Of a stretch of DNA of 64,000 bases, positions 25,809 through 39,167 are shown piece by piece. The notes beneath the pieces are model-generated. The model was given only the letters and a program-made list of their open reading frames with translations. It was not told where the DNA came from and made no database searches. A program made the translations under genes and the position numbers. This stretch comes from Octopus vulgaris. Lineage: Eukaryota. Positions within the stretch are counted from its first letter, which is position 1. Each line of letters opens with the position of its first letter. The stretch spans positions 65,038,001-65,102,000 of the forward strand of contig OX597828.1 in NCBI GenBank assembly GCA_951406725.2. Direction: 5' to 3'.

Positions 25809-26796
25809 CGTATCTCTACCTGAAGAAACAGAACAACAAGGAATGGGATTTGTAGACGCATAAACAGGGAAATTAATATCACCGATAACCCTACACAGCA
25901 CAAAGGGGAAAGTGCAGGAAGATGAGAAAGTCAATGTATGAGATGTAGTGAGAGTATGAGGGGGTTATAGTATCGAGTTTCAGTGAGAGACAATAGAAAT
26001 AGCCTTACGCACTCACACACAGATATACACAGAAAAGCATAAACACAGACACATGCCCACGCACACAATTCACACACACACAATTCACATACACACACAT
26101 GGTCTTCTGGGGATTATCTCTTTCTACCCTCCTATATGGAGAAAGGAATAAGATGACACCAAATAACTAGCATTTTAAGCAGAGGTTTAGAAGAGATTCA
26201 ACACAGAATACATAAAATGTTCACAGAAGTCATTCACCTTGAGAATGGTGCTCCAATTTTATTTGTGGTAAAGAATGCCATCTGGTTACGTTTATGGTAG
26301 CCGCAACTACCAAAGCATCTCATCCTCTATTAAAAGAGAATAAAAATCCCCTTAAAGCAGAATGAAAATACATCCACGACAATTTTATGACCCGTAGCAG
26401 CAGCCACTATACCACCGCTTGCAGCGAGAAGAGCAGGAAAGAAAAAGAACACTGAAGTTTATAACTGCATGAAACAGCCTTACATTTCTTCCTTTGATTT
26501 TTTTTTGTCAAATGTCGAAAACAGAAATTGGGGAAGCCAATGAGTGATATATAGTTACCTGGAGTTACCTGGGGAGTTCAAAAGACAGGATCAAAGTGCT
26601 AAAGCCCAACGGAAGAAACAAAAAGATAAACGAACAGTCAAATACTAACACAAGCACTAAAAAATATCAAGAGCTACCAAAATAAATAAAAGCCGAAACG
26701 ACTACACGACGCAAATCTGTTACAATGTTAAGAATAACAGGAAAACACGCATACACAAGAACAACAAAATCACCAAAAAGAACAACAGCAACATCA

Positions 26797-27176
26797 AGTG
26801 GAGGCGCAATGGCCCAATGGTTAGGGCAGCGGACTCGCGGTCGGAGGATCGCGGTTTCGATTCCCAGACCGGGCGTTGTGTGTGTTTATTGAGCGAAAAC
26901 ACCTAAAACTCCACGAGGCTCCGGCAGGGGGTGGTGGCGACCCTTGTTGTACTCTTTCGCTCCAACTTTCTCTCACTCTTTCTTCCTGTTTCTTGTCCTC
27001 GACTTCCTACGCAACCGCTGAGCCTGGATGTGCACTCATCCATCCGTCGATGCTCTCGGTGTCGGGGGTTGACCTGCTTTCTCTTCTGCAGGTCTTACGA
27101 ATAGCAAAGGACCACGTTTCGGACTTCTCCCATTATGCGAGCTCTGGGACGAAGACCGTTCGCTCAACAGCAACAG
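26797..27176 (+). mobile_element. SINE family B (tRNA-derived), tail type 1
   Basis: A-box TGGCCCAATGG and B-box-like GTTTCGATTCC; first ~185 nt match 36946-37133; ends in CAA/CAG repeats. Confidence 0.85.
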
Positions 27177-27279
27177 CAAAATCAATCACAACCAAAAAAC
27201 TAAAAGTCACCAGCTTCTCTGTTATGAAAATAATCAACAGTGAATAGCTGGACTATACATCAAAAAGACAATGTAGCAG

Positions 27280-27830
27280 CAGGCATAAATTTGGAGGTTT
27301 CGCCTCCAAACCAGCGCAATGATAGAATATTATCGAAAACGTCGGTAGATGCATAGATGCGACTGCTACAATTTCCAACTTTGGAGGGGGCTTTCCAAAG
27401 GACACATGACCAGATTACCAAGCATTCTTAAGAGATGAAGGTGAGCAACCTCAGCCACTGTATGCTTTCCCAACAGATATGGTTTCATTCGGAATTTAGT
27501 GTATAAATATACGTAGTCTAGGATTGGTTTTGGGAGTATGATCTAGGCTCGATGGTCTCAGGTCACTAGACATAGATGCGGTAACCAATGACATGAACAA
27601 AATTACTACAACGCACGTACTTGCACCCATGACTACTAGTTATATTCTTTATGTGGTCAATAAAAATGAAGCAATTGATTGGAATATAGTTCCGGGAATT
27701 ATTCGGTTTAGCGGTAGAGACCATCTTGCTTGACTGAGCAATAAGTCGGTGATGCTAAGGCTGGACGGTGGCGAAGGTAATCCCGTCAGACTTCTGGTCG
27801 TTTATGAGTTTATGAAGGCAATCGGAACGA
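27280..27830 (+). pseudogene. Decayed Tx1/L1-clade ORF1 end and ORF2 AP-endonuclease start
   Basis: From ATG 27479: MVSFGI*CINIRSLG...LDGLRSLDIDAV...HVLAPM, later NPVRLLVVY; resembles APE N-terminal motifs (NxRGL, D-I/V, RLxxVY). Confidence 0.55.
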
Positions 27831-27914
27831 TCTGGTCTTCAATTCTAAGTTAGCTTGCTTAAGAGAGATTTGGAAAGCCTCGAAAATTTTTCTCACACTG
27901 CCAATCTGCATTTC

Positions 27915-28020
27915 ATGATCTCGAGGTCGATAATATAAAATAGCGACCAAGTACTGAGATTAATGGGATTGACTAACCCCGCTCTCTTCAAAATTATTGG
28001 CCTTGTACCTAAATAAGAGA
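27915..28020 (+). mobile_element. SINE family A 3' fragment, decayed
   Basis: gaggtcgataatataa...aagtactg...ggccttgtacc. Confidence 0.5.
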
Positions 28021-28936
28021 TGACTATTATAGTATACTTGATACGATAATTATTAATAATACATTTATTCATTCCACAGGTGCGTCTTTGATTTCTTTTT
28101 ATTCTTTAGACACGATAGAATATGTACTATTGAGATACTTAATATATATATAACACGTTTGATGAAGAAAGGCAATATTCGTCATTTTAGGAATTTGCCA
28201 CAAATGACGTTTATAGTTTTTCCCAAGAACATAGATGTTTTAGCTTCGATTTTTTTTCTTTGCGAGCTGGTGAATTATTTACAAATTAGAACATGTATTA
28301 TTGTCAGAGGGTTGATAAGTTGAAACAAGAACATAATTATCTTTTTTTAATTTATAACTAGTTCATGTATGTGATTTGTTTCGGCGGCTAATTGTCTCTT
28401 GAAATCCTCTGCGCCAATCACTCACGTGTTTAGCACTGATTCTCCAACTTAAATTCCGATATGAAAGAGAGGTAGAAAAGAATATAAAGTTTCAAATATG
28501 CATGCCTTGAAGACGAGAAATGAAATTTTTGAAATTTTGTTGAATATTCCCCTCCTCTACAAGTCGCGTCATAGACACCCCCAAAAATTAGCGGTATGTC
28601 AGCTTGGAGGATATCAGTCGTTTGCAGTGAGACAAGAAAAATAAAAGAAATAAATTACTCGTTAACTTATTTATTCAAATTATTCCATTGGCTCATTTCA
28701 CTTAATTTTCTTCGTTTATTTTTTAATTAGAGAGAAAATTAAGTTGCCTACAAAAGTGTTTACAGAAAGTTAAATTTTTTGTGTGACTCACTGTTCTACT
28801 GACACTTGGCCCATCCCTTATTTAATTGTTTATCTTGTTTCTTTCTCGACATTCCGAGGCTTGGAATTACCATCAACACCGGCTGCATCACGTTAAACCA
28901 CAACTTCATTAGATGAATATGTCTAAGTGTTTGAAT

Positions 28937-28957
28937 GTGTGTGTGTGTATATATCTG

Positions 28958-29024
<67 letters not shown>

Positions 29025-29043
29025 GTATGTGTGTATGTGTTCG

Positions 29044-29075
<32 letters not shown>

Positions 29076-29276
29076 CGCATATATATATATACATACACAG
29101 ATATTTATATCTATATATATATGTAAGTGTGTATGTATTATGCATCATACCTATATAAATATATATATACATATACACCAACATAAAGTATATCATCTTA
29201 ACTATATATACATGTATATATATGGTTGTATATATATACAAACACGTACAAACATACATACATAAATGCATACATA

Positions 29277-29322
<46 letters not shown>

Positions 29323-29450
29323 TATATGTATATGTGTGTACGTGTTTGTATATATAGATACAATTACATATATACAATTATATATACACACATATTTATG
29401 TCGCTACATATGTGTGTATTATGTCTATATAAATATATATACATATACAC
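28937..29450. repeat. (TA)n/(TG)n microsatellite field
   Basis: Directly visible. Confidence 0.9.
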
Positions 29451-29475
29451 CAACTCAAAGTACATCATCTCAACT

Positions 29476-29586
29476 AGTGACTGTGTGGTAAGTAGCTTGC
29501 TTACGAACCACATGGTTCCGGGTTCAGCCTTGTGAGTGGATTTGGTAGACGGAAACTGAAAGAAGACCATCGTATATATGTATGTG

Positions 29587-29649
<63 letters not shown>

Positions 29650-29857
29650 TTGTGTGTCTATGTTTGTCCCCCCAAATCACTTGCCAACCGATGTTGGTGT
29701 GTTTACATCCTTGTAACTTAGCTGTTCGGCACAAGCGACCGATAGAATAAGTACTTTGCTTACAAAGAATAAGTCTTGGGGTCAATTTGCTCGACTAAAG
29801 GCGGTGCTCCAGTATGGCCACAGTCAAATGACTCAAACAAATATAAGAGTAAAAGAG
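29476..29857 (+). mobile_element. SINE family D with internal (TG)n
   Basis: gtgtggtaagtagcttgcttacgaaccacatggttccgggttcag head; conserved tail ...taagagtaaaagag; internal deletion relative to the 59741 copy. Confidence 0.88.
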
Positions 29858-29909
29858 TACATCATCTTAGACTACACTTTCACTATACATACACTCACAC
29901 AGAAACATG

Positions 29910-29996
29910 CATACATACATACATACATACATACATACATACATACATACATACATACATACATACATACATACATACATACATACATACATACAT
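29910..29996. repeat. (CATA)n microsatellite
   Basis: Directly visible. Confidence 0.95.
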
Positions 29997-31049
29997 GTAT
30001 ATATTTGTGTACATCCATGATGCAGAATTTTCATATAAATGTAATCACAAACTCATATACATATTTATGTATATTATTCAAAGAAATTCCAACTCTGCTT
30101 TTTATGTTTTATCTATATTCTTTATAATATTAATGTAAAATGTAGAATGTAGAATATATAGTATAAATAATATATATATAGTAAAATGAGATGAAGTATT
30201 GATTTTCTTACTGAATAGATGAAATGTTGAATATAAAATATTAGGGGACTAATACATGCGTTATAGCAGTCTTCAAGGTCCCAGGTTGTGACAGGAGTGT
30301 TGCAACTGTCATATATATACATATATGTATGTAAGTATGCATGCATGTATGCATATTCTTCTACGTGAGTGTATGTATAATGAAAGTGTAATTTATGATG
30401 GTGTAGCTGCTATTGCTATATAACTTATAATATGAAAATTGTTATCGTCTTAAATATTTTTTCCTGACTCAGCTGCTCGATCTTAACTTTTAGTCTAGAC
30501 GTATTAGGTTACTCTCATCTGACTTTTCATCTCTTATCCTTGTTCTATAATCAATAAACTTTACGGTTCTAATTTCAACTTCCAAGCGCTTTTACAGTTA
30601 TGCTTGGTTTAAGACTCCTGAACTCCATCGTATTTTTTTTTATTATTTTTTTTTAGGTCGATTTACGTAGCGTGTGTATTTTGCATCGATATATTTCTTA
30701 ATAGTTGTTTCTCCCTAGAGATTTTGACCTTGTCTTCTAGTATATTGATCTATGCTCATTTAATCCTGTCGATCTATTTTTGTTTCCATGATACATTCGA
30801 AATATTTCATGCTAGTTTTGATATGTTCTTGTTTTTCTGGTCAGCCTATCGAATTCATTTTCACTCACCTAATTTCCGATCAAGAATGTTAAAGCAAGTT
30901 ATTTTCTTTTTTTTTAATATAGATAATAATCGCATATCGTTTGAAGTAAGTTCAATGTTTGATATTAATTGAATTTGGTTAAGAGATTATCGGCACTACC
31001 AAAAAAAGTCCTCTATTCTTTTTGTCTTGACTCATGCCTTTTTGTGTTT

Positions 31050-31172
31050 AAATACCGCCGAGATCAAATTTGCCTTTCATTCTTCCGAGGTCCATAACAA
31101 AATATTATTGCCAAGTACTGGATCGATTTCACTGACTAACACTTCTACTTCAAATCTATGGCTTATTAGAAA
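31050..31172 (+). mobile_element. SINE family A fragment, decayed
   Basis: ccgccgagatcaaatttgcctttcattcttccgaggtc. Confidence 0.6.
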
Positions 31173-31535
31173 GAATATTATTTAAATTTAGAGCTCAGAC
31201 TTGGCAGTCTCGCATGAGCGTGACGCCAAATACCATGTAATATTTAGTCCTCATGCCATACTGATTTCGAATTTCGTTTCTCAGCTCTCATTTTCTTCGA
31301 TCAGCCAAATACCAGTTAAGTAATGAAACAAATAATTCTTCAGCCCTCTAAAATATCAGATATACGGCTTAAGTTAGGTATAAATGCATTCTTTAAATTG
31401 GAATGCAGGTGATTGGAACAAACAGTAGTGCTCCCAGCACAAGGCCGTACAATTGGTAGTGCCAACTAGTTTATGTTCACCGAAGACTATCACGATGGAG
31501 GTATTATGACCTCCTTATGCATTTCGATACAATCC

Positions 31536-31600
31536 GTTCTAGTCGTACACTGTTCTAGTCGTACACTGTTCTAGTCGTACACTATTCTAGTCGTACACTG
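31536..31600. repeat. 16-bp minisatellite x4 (GTTCTAGTCGTACACT)
   Basis: Four contiguous copies with one substitution. Confidence 0.95.
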
Positions 31601-31940
31601 AGATCAAATCAACTATTTCAGGTCAATATAAAATATCAATGTTACCTGATTATTCGTTTACCTGATTATAATTAATTCTATGCAAGAACTTTCTTCTAAC
31701 TTGCATTTACAAACGCTTTATTGCTACAAGCCTTTTGAGAACATGCGTCGGACTGATAGTTCTACCATGCAAATATCATCAGTTAATGAGCAGTGTGAGC
31801 TGTTCGTTTTGTACATGTTCAATTATCAAGCACAAACAATTGATAAAAATTTATTGTGTATAAATACAAGAGCATGGATTTTGATTTACGAGCGGCCTCC
31901 GATATAGTGGTAATTACATCGATGGTTAGAGATATTATAT

Positions 31941-32173
31941 AAGGCGGCGAGCTGGCAGAAATGTTAGCGCGTCGGGCGAAATGCTTAGCGGTATTTCGTC
32001 TGCCGTTTCGCTTTGAGTTCAAATTCTGCTGAGGTCGATTTTCCCTTTCATCCTTTCGGGGTCGATTAAATAAGTACCAGTTACGCACTGGGGTCGATAT
32101 AATCGGCTTAATCCGTTTGTCTGTCCTTGTTTGTCCCCTCTGTGTTTAGCCCCTTGTGGGTAGTAAAGAAACA
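31941..32173 (+). mobile_element. SINE family A, full length with 13-bp TSD
   Basis: Pol III-like boxes (tggcagaaatg; gagttcaaattc); TSD ggttagagatatt at 31924-31936 and 32174-32186. Confidence 0.93.
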
Positions 32174-32728
32174 GGTTAGAGATATTTGGGTTACGTAAAA
32201 ATGTCGATAAATATGACGAAAGTGCTGCGTGATGCATTTAGATTTACGAAACACAGGAGTTGCAATGGCAATTATATGTTCAATGGAGCCGCGAGTTCAC
32301 TTAAGGTTCTCATCCATTATCGGTTATCTCATTTGCTTTGACTAATTGCACAATGCTTCTCTGTTCAGAAAATGTAAACAGAAATATGCAATTCAGACCA
32401 GGTTCAAGCATTATGAAAAGAAACAGCATGACATACGTTCAGTCGTTATTAGCTTTACATTTCAATACTTCACTCATCGTCATCTTGAATTGCGTATTAT
32501 TTTATTTAAAGAACATCAAACAAAATGAAATTATTATTTCCACTCCAGGCATAAGGCCTGAGAAGATAAGAAAAATACGTGTTAAAGAACTGCAGGACAG
32601 TTTAGTGTGCCGCAGTGAGTTTAATCTCATCTCTATTGTGATCGCCATTTATTTATAGCATTTAGCAAGTCTGCATCTCATATGCAATTATACCTCATCT
32701 TTTGATTACCATGTTAGGTTATTTTTTA

Positions 32729-32782
<54 letters not shown>

Positions 32783-32990
32783 TAGTAGTAGTGGTGGTGG
32801 TGGTGATGGTGGTGGTGGTGGTGGTGGTGGTGGTGACGGCGGTGGTGTTGACGGCGGTGGTGGTGGGCGGCGGTGGCGGCGGCGGTGGTGGTATGAGGAG
32901 GTGAAACTGACGAGGAAGAGGGGAGGATGAGCTGAGGAGGCGGAGGAGAGAAGGAGGATAGGTGAGGAGAAGGAGGCGAGGAAGGAGAGC
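32729..32990. repeat. Compound triplet tract (TAG)n-(TGG)n-(CGG)n-(GAG)-rich
   Basis: Directly visible. Confidence 0.9.
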
Positions 32991-33557
32991 ATAAGCTACT
33001 AGTTCGTTGGTGAGGTCGGTTTATGCTAGCTTAGTGATTTGACACAAGCTAATGATATTGGTAATCGTAATTGGGGTAAAAGGTTTCCCCTTCTTATTAA
33101 CTCATCGTTATCTCATTCATTTCCCGTTCCATATTGTTTTCCCTTCCCTCTTCTCAATACTGTTTCCATTTATTATGCTTTCCATTATCATATCCTCTTC
33201 ATCACTATCATATGTAAGAAATCATTATTATTGTATAATAAATCATTATCGTGTATCTCCTTCGCCAGTTATTTTGGCATTGATTATGTCTGCAATACAT
33301 TCCAAATGCGTAAAATTAGTTGTTATTCACGTCGATGCGTAATTGGTTTTGGTCTAGTATTTCTAAAATTATGGTGAAAAGTGGTTGATGCTATTATAAG
33401 CTATTAGACACAAGTGTCATTGAAATCTACAGCACATCAATATTATAATCTGCAACATTCTTGTTACTCTTAAATTCTGGTAGAATTAAAATCTGAAAAT
33501 TCTTTAAAGATGTCAGCTTTTTGAAGTGATATTTTTATAAAGTTTTAGTTAAATCCA

Positions 33558-33905
33558 GTGGAGGCGCATGGCTCAGTGGTTAGAGCATCGAGCTTACGAT
33601 CGTGAGGTTGTGAGCTCGAATCCCGGACCGGGCTGCGTGTTGTGTTCTTGAGCAAGGCACTTTATTTCACGTTGCTCCAGTTCACTCAACTGTAGAAATG
33701 AGTTGCGACGTCACAGGTGCCAAGCTGTATCGACCTTTGTCTTTCCCTTGGATAACATCGGTGGCGTGGAGAGGGGAGGCTGGTATGCATGGGCGACTGC
33801 TGGTCTCCCATAAACAACCTTGCCCGGACTTGTGTCTAGGAAGGTAACTTTCTAGGTGCAATCCCATGGTCATTCATGACCGAAGGGGATCTTTACTTTA
33901 CTTTA
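33558..33905 (+). mobile_element. SINE family C, full length with 14-bp TSD
   Basis: tRNA-like head (TGGCTCAGTGG; GCTCGAATCC); core gtgttcttgagcaaggcactttatttcac; (CTTTA)n tail; TSD tttagttaaatcca at 33544-33557 and 33906-33919. Confidence 0.92.
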
Positions 33906-33982
33906 TTTAGTTAAATCCAACGACAGTTTTTTTTTTTTCAATTAACCACGACTTATCGGTATCTATTGCTTATTTTTTTCAG

Positions 33983-34033
33983 AAAAATTTACCTTTGCTG
34001 AAGCCTATCAGGTATATGAACAAGATCCGTATG
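33983..34033 (+). CDS. Candidate 51-nt internal coding exon, unknown gene
   Basis: Acceptor ttgcttatttttttcag and donor ATG|gtatgt; open in phase 1 (KFTFAEAYQVYEQDPY) and phase 0 (KNLPLLKPIRYMNKIRM). Confidence 0.4.
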
Positions 34034-34188
34034 GTATGTTTGTTTGGTTGTTTCATTTTGATTTTTTTTTTTGTTGTTGCTTTTCTTCTAAATAAACATT
34101 TTCGAATATTTCAACCTACGACAGTGAAAATCTAACCCAGATAATCGTATATTCATCAACAAAACGAAGTTGTGAAATAAATGTGCGT

Positions 34189-34398
34189 AGACGCAGACGT
34201 GGCTGTGTGGTAAGAAACTTCCTTCCCAACCATTTCATTCCTGGTTCAATCCCACTGCGTGTCACTTTGGGCAGTGTTCTTCTATTATAGCTTCGGGCTG
34301 ACCAAAGTCCTGTGAGGAGATTTGGTTGACGAAAACTGAAAAAAAGCCCGTCGTCTATATGTGTGTGTGTGCGTGCGCGTGTGCATGTGTTTGTATAT
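34189..34398 (+). mobile_element. SINE family D 5' half
   Basis: gtggctgtgtggtaagaaacttccttcccaacc...gaaaaaaagcccgtcg followed by (TG)n. Confidence 0.8.
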
Positions 34399-35102
34399 GG
34401 ACAAGACGTAGGAACTCCACCCTCCCTTGGCTCAAAAGAAAAAAAAGAAATAAAAGAAGAATGGGACATCGTCTGCGGTTGGTAATACACTGCCGGCCTG
34501 TCCCGAAGCATCTTTGGTGGGAGATGTGCCACCAAAGATCGAGACTGTACCGCCCCTCCGTAATAAAAGAGGGACAGTGGAACGCTTTGTTAGCAAGCTC
34601 AAAACGAAGGGCCGATGGGAGGGGATCCTGTCCTGCACGGAGGACCCTGACTGGCCTTCGAAGGTGGCTGCGAAGGTCATGAGGGAGAACGACCTGTTCA
34701 GGATAATGGATTCCTTCCCCAAGGATGCCTATAAATTTATGTTGAATTATCCCGACTTGGAACCGTCCAGGTATTTTTCTGAGGCGTGGAATCTGGTCGG
34801 GCAAGAAGATTCTAATTTTGATACCTAAATAAATCTGAGTAAGAGATTCATTGCCTCAAAGTCGCTTCGAATGTAGTAAGAGGTATATTGCCTCTTTAAT
34901 GCTGTTTTTGTAAGAGGTTTATTGCCTCAAAATGTTTTATAAAAGAATAATGTGCTCGGGTATACAGCAATCGGCGGGCGTTGCTGTTTCCCCCATTTTT
35001 CACCATTTCATTTGTCATTCATATCATTATGCGTGTATGTGTCCAGCTCGCAGCTTCCTTTCTGTGTAAGGCCCTTGTGGCCAATTAAAGGAAATAAAAA
35101 AA
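34399..35102 (+). mobile_element. 5'-truncated retroelement with short ORF (ends 34828), 3' UTR and poly(A)
   Basis: GC-rich open frame ...RIMDSFPKDAYKFMLNYPDLEPSRYFSEAW...; UTR with three diverged gtaagag...attgcctc repeats; ends ctgtgtaaggcccttgtggccaattaaaggaaat(A)7. Confidence 0.7.
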
Positions 35103-36377
35103 GCTTACTTATCAACCACATGGGAATCCAGCCGGAAAGTGGGATGACTTGCTTCTGATAGGATGTCATAAAAGAGGTGCCTCAGGACTCTAACTCCACG
35201 ACCCTCCCAGGAATAGCGAGCGGAAAAAACACACAACAATGGATAGATATATATACATATGTGTGTGTGTGTGCGTGTGTAGGTATATATATGTAGTAAC
35301 GAAAGAGGCTATAAGCAATATAAAACTAAATAGGAATTCAGTTCACTAATTATGACTAACAGTACAAATTAGAACCCACATTGCTAGAAAAAAAGCGGTA
35401 AAGACCTTCTTAGCCGCAAAGAAGCACGCGTTTATGTACTGTAGACAAAGTATACAAATTGTAGTTGAACATCATCAATTAATTTTACCTAAGAATGCTC
35501 AATACATGAGTGTACGAGTGTATAAAAAAATAGAGAGAAGGGTTCAATGAGTTTACATAAACGCAATTATACTACAATTCTGAATGACGCATGCAAAATT
35601 CTCGATGAATATTAATGAACTAAAAAAACCTGAAGGCTTCTGTTAGCGATGCTCAATGTAAAGCGTGACAAATTTGACATATAACAAATTTTACAAAATG
35701 TCGGCTTTCATAGTCATGATTCTATGAGGGTGATGAAACTTCATGTTAGCTGTGCTAGATAACAACTATGGACAGGGTTCAATCGTATAAAACCAATTAA
35801 GCGAAGTCTAGTCTTTTTAACACAGTCTTTACAATTAGACAAAGTATAACGAGAGTTAAATGTTGGTCTATATAAGTTGACTAACTTACATGCTGACGCG
35901 TCATGTGACACATGAAGCAGTCAATGAGCTCTTGTTTGATCGCTGCGATGCTTTTTTTTTTACTTTGAAATATTTACATAGCTATATAAATCCCATATAT
36001 ACAAAAAAAAAGCATATAATCTATGTGGAATGGAAGCTATGAGAAATAATATAAAAGGAATAATTAAATTTAGAAACTTAAAGTAAGCGTTTAATGTAAG
36101 AAGTGTAGAAATAATGGGTATATTCTGCAACAACTAAGGCTAATATAAAGTGGAAAATGTATCAATTGATTAGATTTATGAAACATATAACAATAAGCAA
36201 CTTACCTGAAGTTATTGATCTTTGAAGCACTGTTTAAGTTCATTCATTGTTTTAAGATGATTGGAATATACGTACGCCCTGCATAGAAAGAAATGGTAAA
36301 ACTGCTATAATGCATCATATAAACTTGTTAATAAATAACGTCACAATCAATTTAGAAGTGTTTTCATTTACCTGTCA

Positions 36378-36380
36378 ATG

Positions 36381-36446
<66 letters not shown>

Positions 36447-36561
36447 GGAACGATAGCAAAAGAAGGAGGAGGAGGAGAAAAAGGAGAAGAAGAAAGAAGA
36501 AGAAGAAGAAGAAGAAGAAGAAGAAGAAGAAGAAGAAGAAGAAGAAGAAGAAGAAGAAGAA
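36378..36561. repeat. (ATA)n followed by (GAA)n
   Basis: Directly visible. Confidence 0.95.
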
Positions 36562-36945
36562 TGATAACAACAGCAACAAGTACTACTCAAGACTAATCGC
36601 CTAAATATCATAGTCAAATGTCTTGTTGAAAAGGTATGTCTTTTGATGAATTTTTCAGCCCCAGCAGACGACCAACACATCTCTGAAAACGTGCGACAAA
36701 TTGAGTAAATATTGTAACTTGAAGGTAGAAATCAGTCTATAGCATCTGAAAACAACAAAATTACCTATTTTTATTGTTGCACTTGGAATTGTATCAAAAG
36801 GAGCATACATGTAGACCAAATTTCTGGCAGTCTCAAATTAAGTGAATAGCAAATTATCACGCTTAAGGGTACCTCAATTATATTGCGTAAATTTCTCTCC
36901 ACGAAAATGCAATCTTATTCATTTAGTTTTATTATTAATTTTATA

Positions 36946-37258
36946 AGTGGAGGCGCAATGGTCCAGTGGTAAGCGCAGCGGACTCGCGGTCGTAGGATCG
37001 CGGTTTCGATTCCCAGACCGGGCGTTGTGAGTGTTTATTGAGCGAAAGCACCTAAAGCTCCACGAGGCTCCGGCAGTGGGTGGTGGCGATCCCTGCTGTA
37101 CTCTTTCGCCACAACTTTCTCTCACTCTTTCTTCTATTGGCCTGCTCGCTTAGCCAGCGGGGTGACGTCATTTGAAGGCTAAAATAATGCCAAGACGCAT
37201 TGTGACCAGCGATGTGTAGCAACATCTGATAGCCTGGTCGGTCACGTGATCACGTGAT
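36946..37258 (+). mobile_element. SINE family B, tail type 2
   Basis: Head matches the 26797 copy; different tail ending tcacgtgatcacgtga; ttttataa on both flanks. Confidence 0.85.
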
Positions 37259-37670
37259 TTATTTTATAAAGGTATTATTTCGTAGTATACAGACATTAGT
37301 TTTTCAATTGCATAGCACCTGACATGTCTGCACTTTTAGATACATGTCTCAGACATGAAGATATCATTGATAAAAAAATAACACTTTCTGTTGCATTATT
37401 GACAAAATTCTATAAACTTGCACCTGGTACAGATTGAAGCTGTGACCCTCCTCGTCATGTATGGGTGTACATTAGTGTGTGTATCTTCATATCGGTTTGC
37501 GTGAATTTTCTGTGTCGTGTATGCGTATTTGGTTAGGAATAAACTCTTCCAAGTATATAATGTAACATAGGTATCTCAAGAGAATTATGCTTAGCGTTGA
37601 GTAAAAATGCCTCGTATTTCATTGAGAATGCAATATGGCTGCCAATTTCTTCCTGCCATCTCTTTATCAG

Positions 37671-37725
37671 CTCAATTTGTGGACAATACGGCCAATTCGT
37701 TTGAACTTGCCGTCCAACGCAAACA
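37671..37725 (+). CDS. Candidate 55-nt internal exon (QFVDNTANSFELAVQRK)
   Basis: Acceptor ttcttcctgccatctctttatcag; weak donor CA|gtgaat; phase 1 to 2 fits the neighbouring candidates. Confidence 0.25.
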
Positions 37726-39167
37726 GTGAATTATTTGCCTTGATTCATTACCTCGACAGCCTCAGTTATAAAGATCTACTCAAAAGGAAATAACTATTGT
37801 AACTCAACTACATTTACTACAGATTATTCAGTATCTTTGCTATTAACTCTGCAGACAATCTGCTGTCTTAAATGGGAATTTTAACAAAATATTGTTTTCA
37901 ATACAACGTTTTCGCTATTCATAATCTTTTGATAGATGAAAAGAATACCTCCGAGCAAAATTATTATAAAATTAAACCATTTGTCCTATTTTATCTTTTA
38001 TTTTCATGATGACAGATGTAATATTGATATTTTATTTCTGAGTTATTTGAAGAGTTATTTTCAAAGTTTATTCTGCAATTTACTGGAATCAGTTATCTTT
38101 TAATAAGATATCAAATTTAAACTTTCTTTTTTTTTACTCCGAATTTTGTTTTGATTTCCTACATTTATTTACACATGTGTTATTGTGCAAACATATAATA
38201 AGAGATAAAACAAATAGGAAAATTAATAGAATAATATTTGATGAAGAGGGAGTGCCAGATAAAACGATTCGGTTTTGGTAAATTGTTATCAAAGATGAAG
38301 ACAAACTATATAATACAGGAATATTTTCATAACGTGTAAACATTACTGCTGGCAAAACAGGTGCATCAAACGGAGAACCCATAATAATTTACATTAGGGT
38401 GTGTTTTTATGTACTTGTCTATATGTAAATTCACATGATTTCCATTTTTGTGTATATATCTGTATCTAGACTACTTGTCAATCTCGTGCGTCTTTGTGTA
38501 TGATCCAAACTCTCTGAGTATCGATTTTGTTGTGTATGATTTTGAACGAAGTAATATGTCTGTGTGTATATGTAAGTGTATACGAAGTAGTGTGAATGAA
38601 CATTTGTGCATGTATACATCTCCTTTAAGTAGGCGTGTACAAGTGCGCATATGTTCTTTAGCAAATAGAAAAGCATATTATGTAATGCAAACATTTCAAC
38701 TAGACACATTGATAAACCTTACAGATGTATATTAATATATAATGCAACACAGAAGTAGACATAAATACATTCACACACCAGAAGTAGTGCTAGTTATTAC
38801 ACACGTCACACACGTACATGTGGCTCTGCGTTTTCAGTGAGTGGGAGAGGGAGAAACATACAAGGGCTAATTTCAAATACATCACATCAAAATAACCATC
38901 CCAGACAATACACACAGTTTCTGCAGAAAGACGAATTGAAATACACATGTGATATCTCTTGCTATTTCACTCAACAACAATTCCTGAGTCATAAGGCTCA
39001 TGAAACCTTCGGATTCGCAGACTTTATGGTAGTAGAATTCTTTATTCTCCAAAGAATTCTTCGCCACTAATTCTCCATTCAATATCACAACCGGTTCAGT
39101 GAATGCTATGCCTCGCAGGTAGAGTAAACATTAGACAGAAATGTGAAGGAAGTTGATTCCGTGCTTG

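Noticed and set aside
26797-26875. tRNA gene (also 5218, 33558, 36946)
   Set aside because: A/B boxes are present but there is no acceptor stem or cloverleaf, and the sequence continues into a SINE body
31536-31600. CRISPR-like direct repeats
   Set aside because: Contiguous repeats with no spacers, in a eukaryotic context
32726-32992. Proline-rich 88-aa ORF
   Set aside because: Reverse translation of the TGG/CGG/TAG triplet tract
38882-39088. 68-aa minus-strand ORF with protein-like composition
   Set aside because: No recognisable motif or convincing splice signals
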